Part shown: piece after piece, positions 62,611 to 64,000 of the stretch
How positions within the stretch are numbered: position 1 is the first letter of the stretch
Layout of the letters: each line of letters opens with the position of its first letter
Assembly: GCA_030390025.1 (NCBI GenBank)
Contig: CM059433.1
Span: 14,572,001-14,636,000 of the forward strand
From: Squalus acanthias
Taxonomy: Eukaryota
Direction of reading: 5' to 3'
DNA length: 64,000 bases
Made by a program: the position numbers and the translations under genes
Notes under the pieces: model-generated
Seen by the model: the letters and a program-made list of their open reading frames with translations, nothing else
What the model was told of the DNA's origin: nothing
The model's database searches: none

Positions 62611-64000
62611 TAAGAACATAAGAACATAATAGGAGTAGGAGTCGGCCATTTGGCCCTTCGAGCCTGCTCCGCCATTCAATGAGATCATGGCTGATCTTCT
62701 GCCTCAACTCCATTCACCGGCCCTATCACCATATCCCTTGAGGCCCTTACTAGTCAGAAATCTATCGACTTCTGTTTTGAATATACCCAATGACTGAGCC
62801 TCCACAGCCCTCTGGGGTAGAGAATTCCAAAGATTCACCACCATCTGTGTGAAGAAATTTCTTCTCATCTCAGTCCTGAATGGCCTACCCTTTATCCTGA
62901 GGCTGTGGCCCCTGGTTCTAGACTCCCCAGCCAAGGGAAACATTCTCCCATCATCCACCCTATCAAGCCCTGTGATAATTTTGTATGCTTCATGAGATCC
63001 CCTCTCATTCTTCTGAATTCAAGAGAATACAGGCCTAGTTGACTCAATCTCTTCTCATACGACAGTCCCGCCATCCCAGGAACCAATCTCGTGAACCTTC
63101 GTTGCACTCCCTCTATGGCAAGTATAAGGAGACCAAAATTGTACACAGTACTCCAGGTGTGGTCTCACCAAGGCCCTATATAATTGGAGTAAGACTTCTT
63201 TACTCCTGTACTTAAATCCTCTTGTAATGAAGGCCAGCATACCATTTGCCTTCCTAATGGCTTGCTGCACCTGCACATTCACTTTCAGTGACTCATGTAC
63301 AAGGACACCCAGGTCCGTTTGAGCATCTGCATTCCCCAATCTTTCACCATTTAGGAAATACTCTGCCTTTCTGTTTTTTCTACCAAAGTGGATAACTTCA
63401 CATTTATCCACATTATATTCCATCTGCCATGTTCGCGCCCACTCACTGAGCCTGTCGAGATCCCCTTGAAGCCTCTTCACATCCTCTTCACAACTGACAC
63501 TGCCACCTAAGCTTTGTATCATCAGCAAATTTGGAAATGTTACATTTAGTCCCCTCATCCAAATCATTGATATAGATTGTGAATAGCTGGGGCCCAAGCA
63601 CCGATTCTTGCGGTACCCCACTAGTCACAGCCTGCCATCCTGAAAAAGACCCGTTTATCCCTACTCTTTGTTTTCTGTCTGTTAACCAATTCTCAATCCA
63701 TGCTAATATATTTCCCCCAATTCCATGTGCCCTAATTTTGTTCACCAACCTCTTGTGTGGGACCTTATCGAAGGCCTTCTGAAAATCCAAATACACCACA
63801 TCTACCGGTTCCCCTTTGTCTACTCCACTAGTTACATTCTCAAATAACTCCAATAGGCTTGTCAAACAGGATTTCCCTTTCATAAATCCATGTTGACTCT
63901 GCCCAATCTTACTATTAGTTTCTAAATGCCCAGTTATTGCATCCTTTACAATAGATTCCAGCATTTTCCCAACTACTGATGTGAGGCTAACAGGTCTGTA
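62611..64000 (-). mobile_element. CR1 LINE 3' portion running off the window end
   Basis: [29 protein letters not shown] and RPHLEYCVQFW remnants, with an (aagaacat)n tail. Confidence 0.96.

Overview
Eukaryotic, almost certainly cartilaginous-fish (shark) genomic DNA, inferred from HE1-type V-SINEs, SacSINE1-like DeuSINEs and shark-type CR1 tails. I recognise no host protein-coding exon: the window looks intergenic or intronic and is dominated by nested transposable elements. LINEs include many CR1 copies (one with 5' UTR monomers, an open ORF1 and a broken ORF2), plus L2 and RTE/RTEX-like remnants. There are three short Penelope-like inserts with hammerhead-ribozyme-like cores and target-site duplications (TSDs). 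A diverse PIF/Harbinger-like set is present: GGGCTGGATTTT-type terminal inverted repeats (TIRs), 3-bp TSDs, elements keeping only the Myb/SANT exon, and separate decayed HARBI1-like transposase fragments. Also seen are Tigger-like and hAT-like miniature elements (MITEs), a near-perfect 90-bp-arm palindrome, a recent inverted duplication, a minisatellite and a 600-bp polypurine tract. A repeat-poor block at about 42.4-46 kb may hold a minus-strand promoter and non-coding exons. Family names come from recalled motifs, not database searches; boundaries of old elements are approximate.
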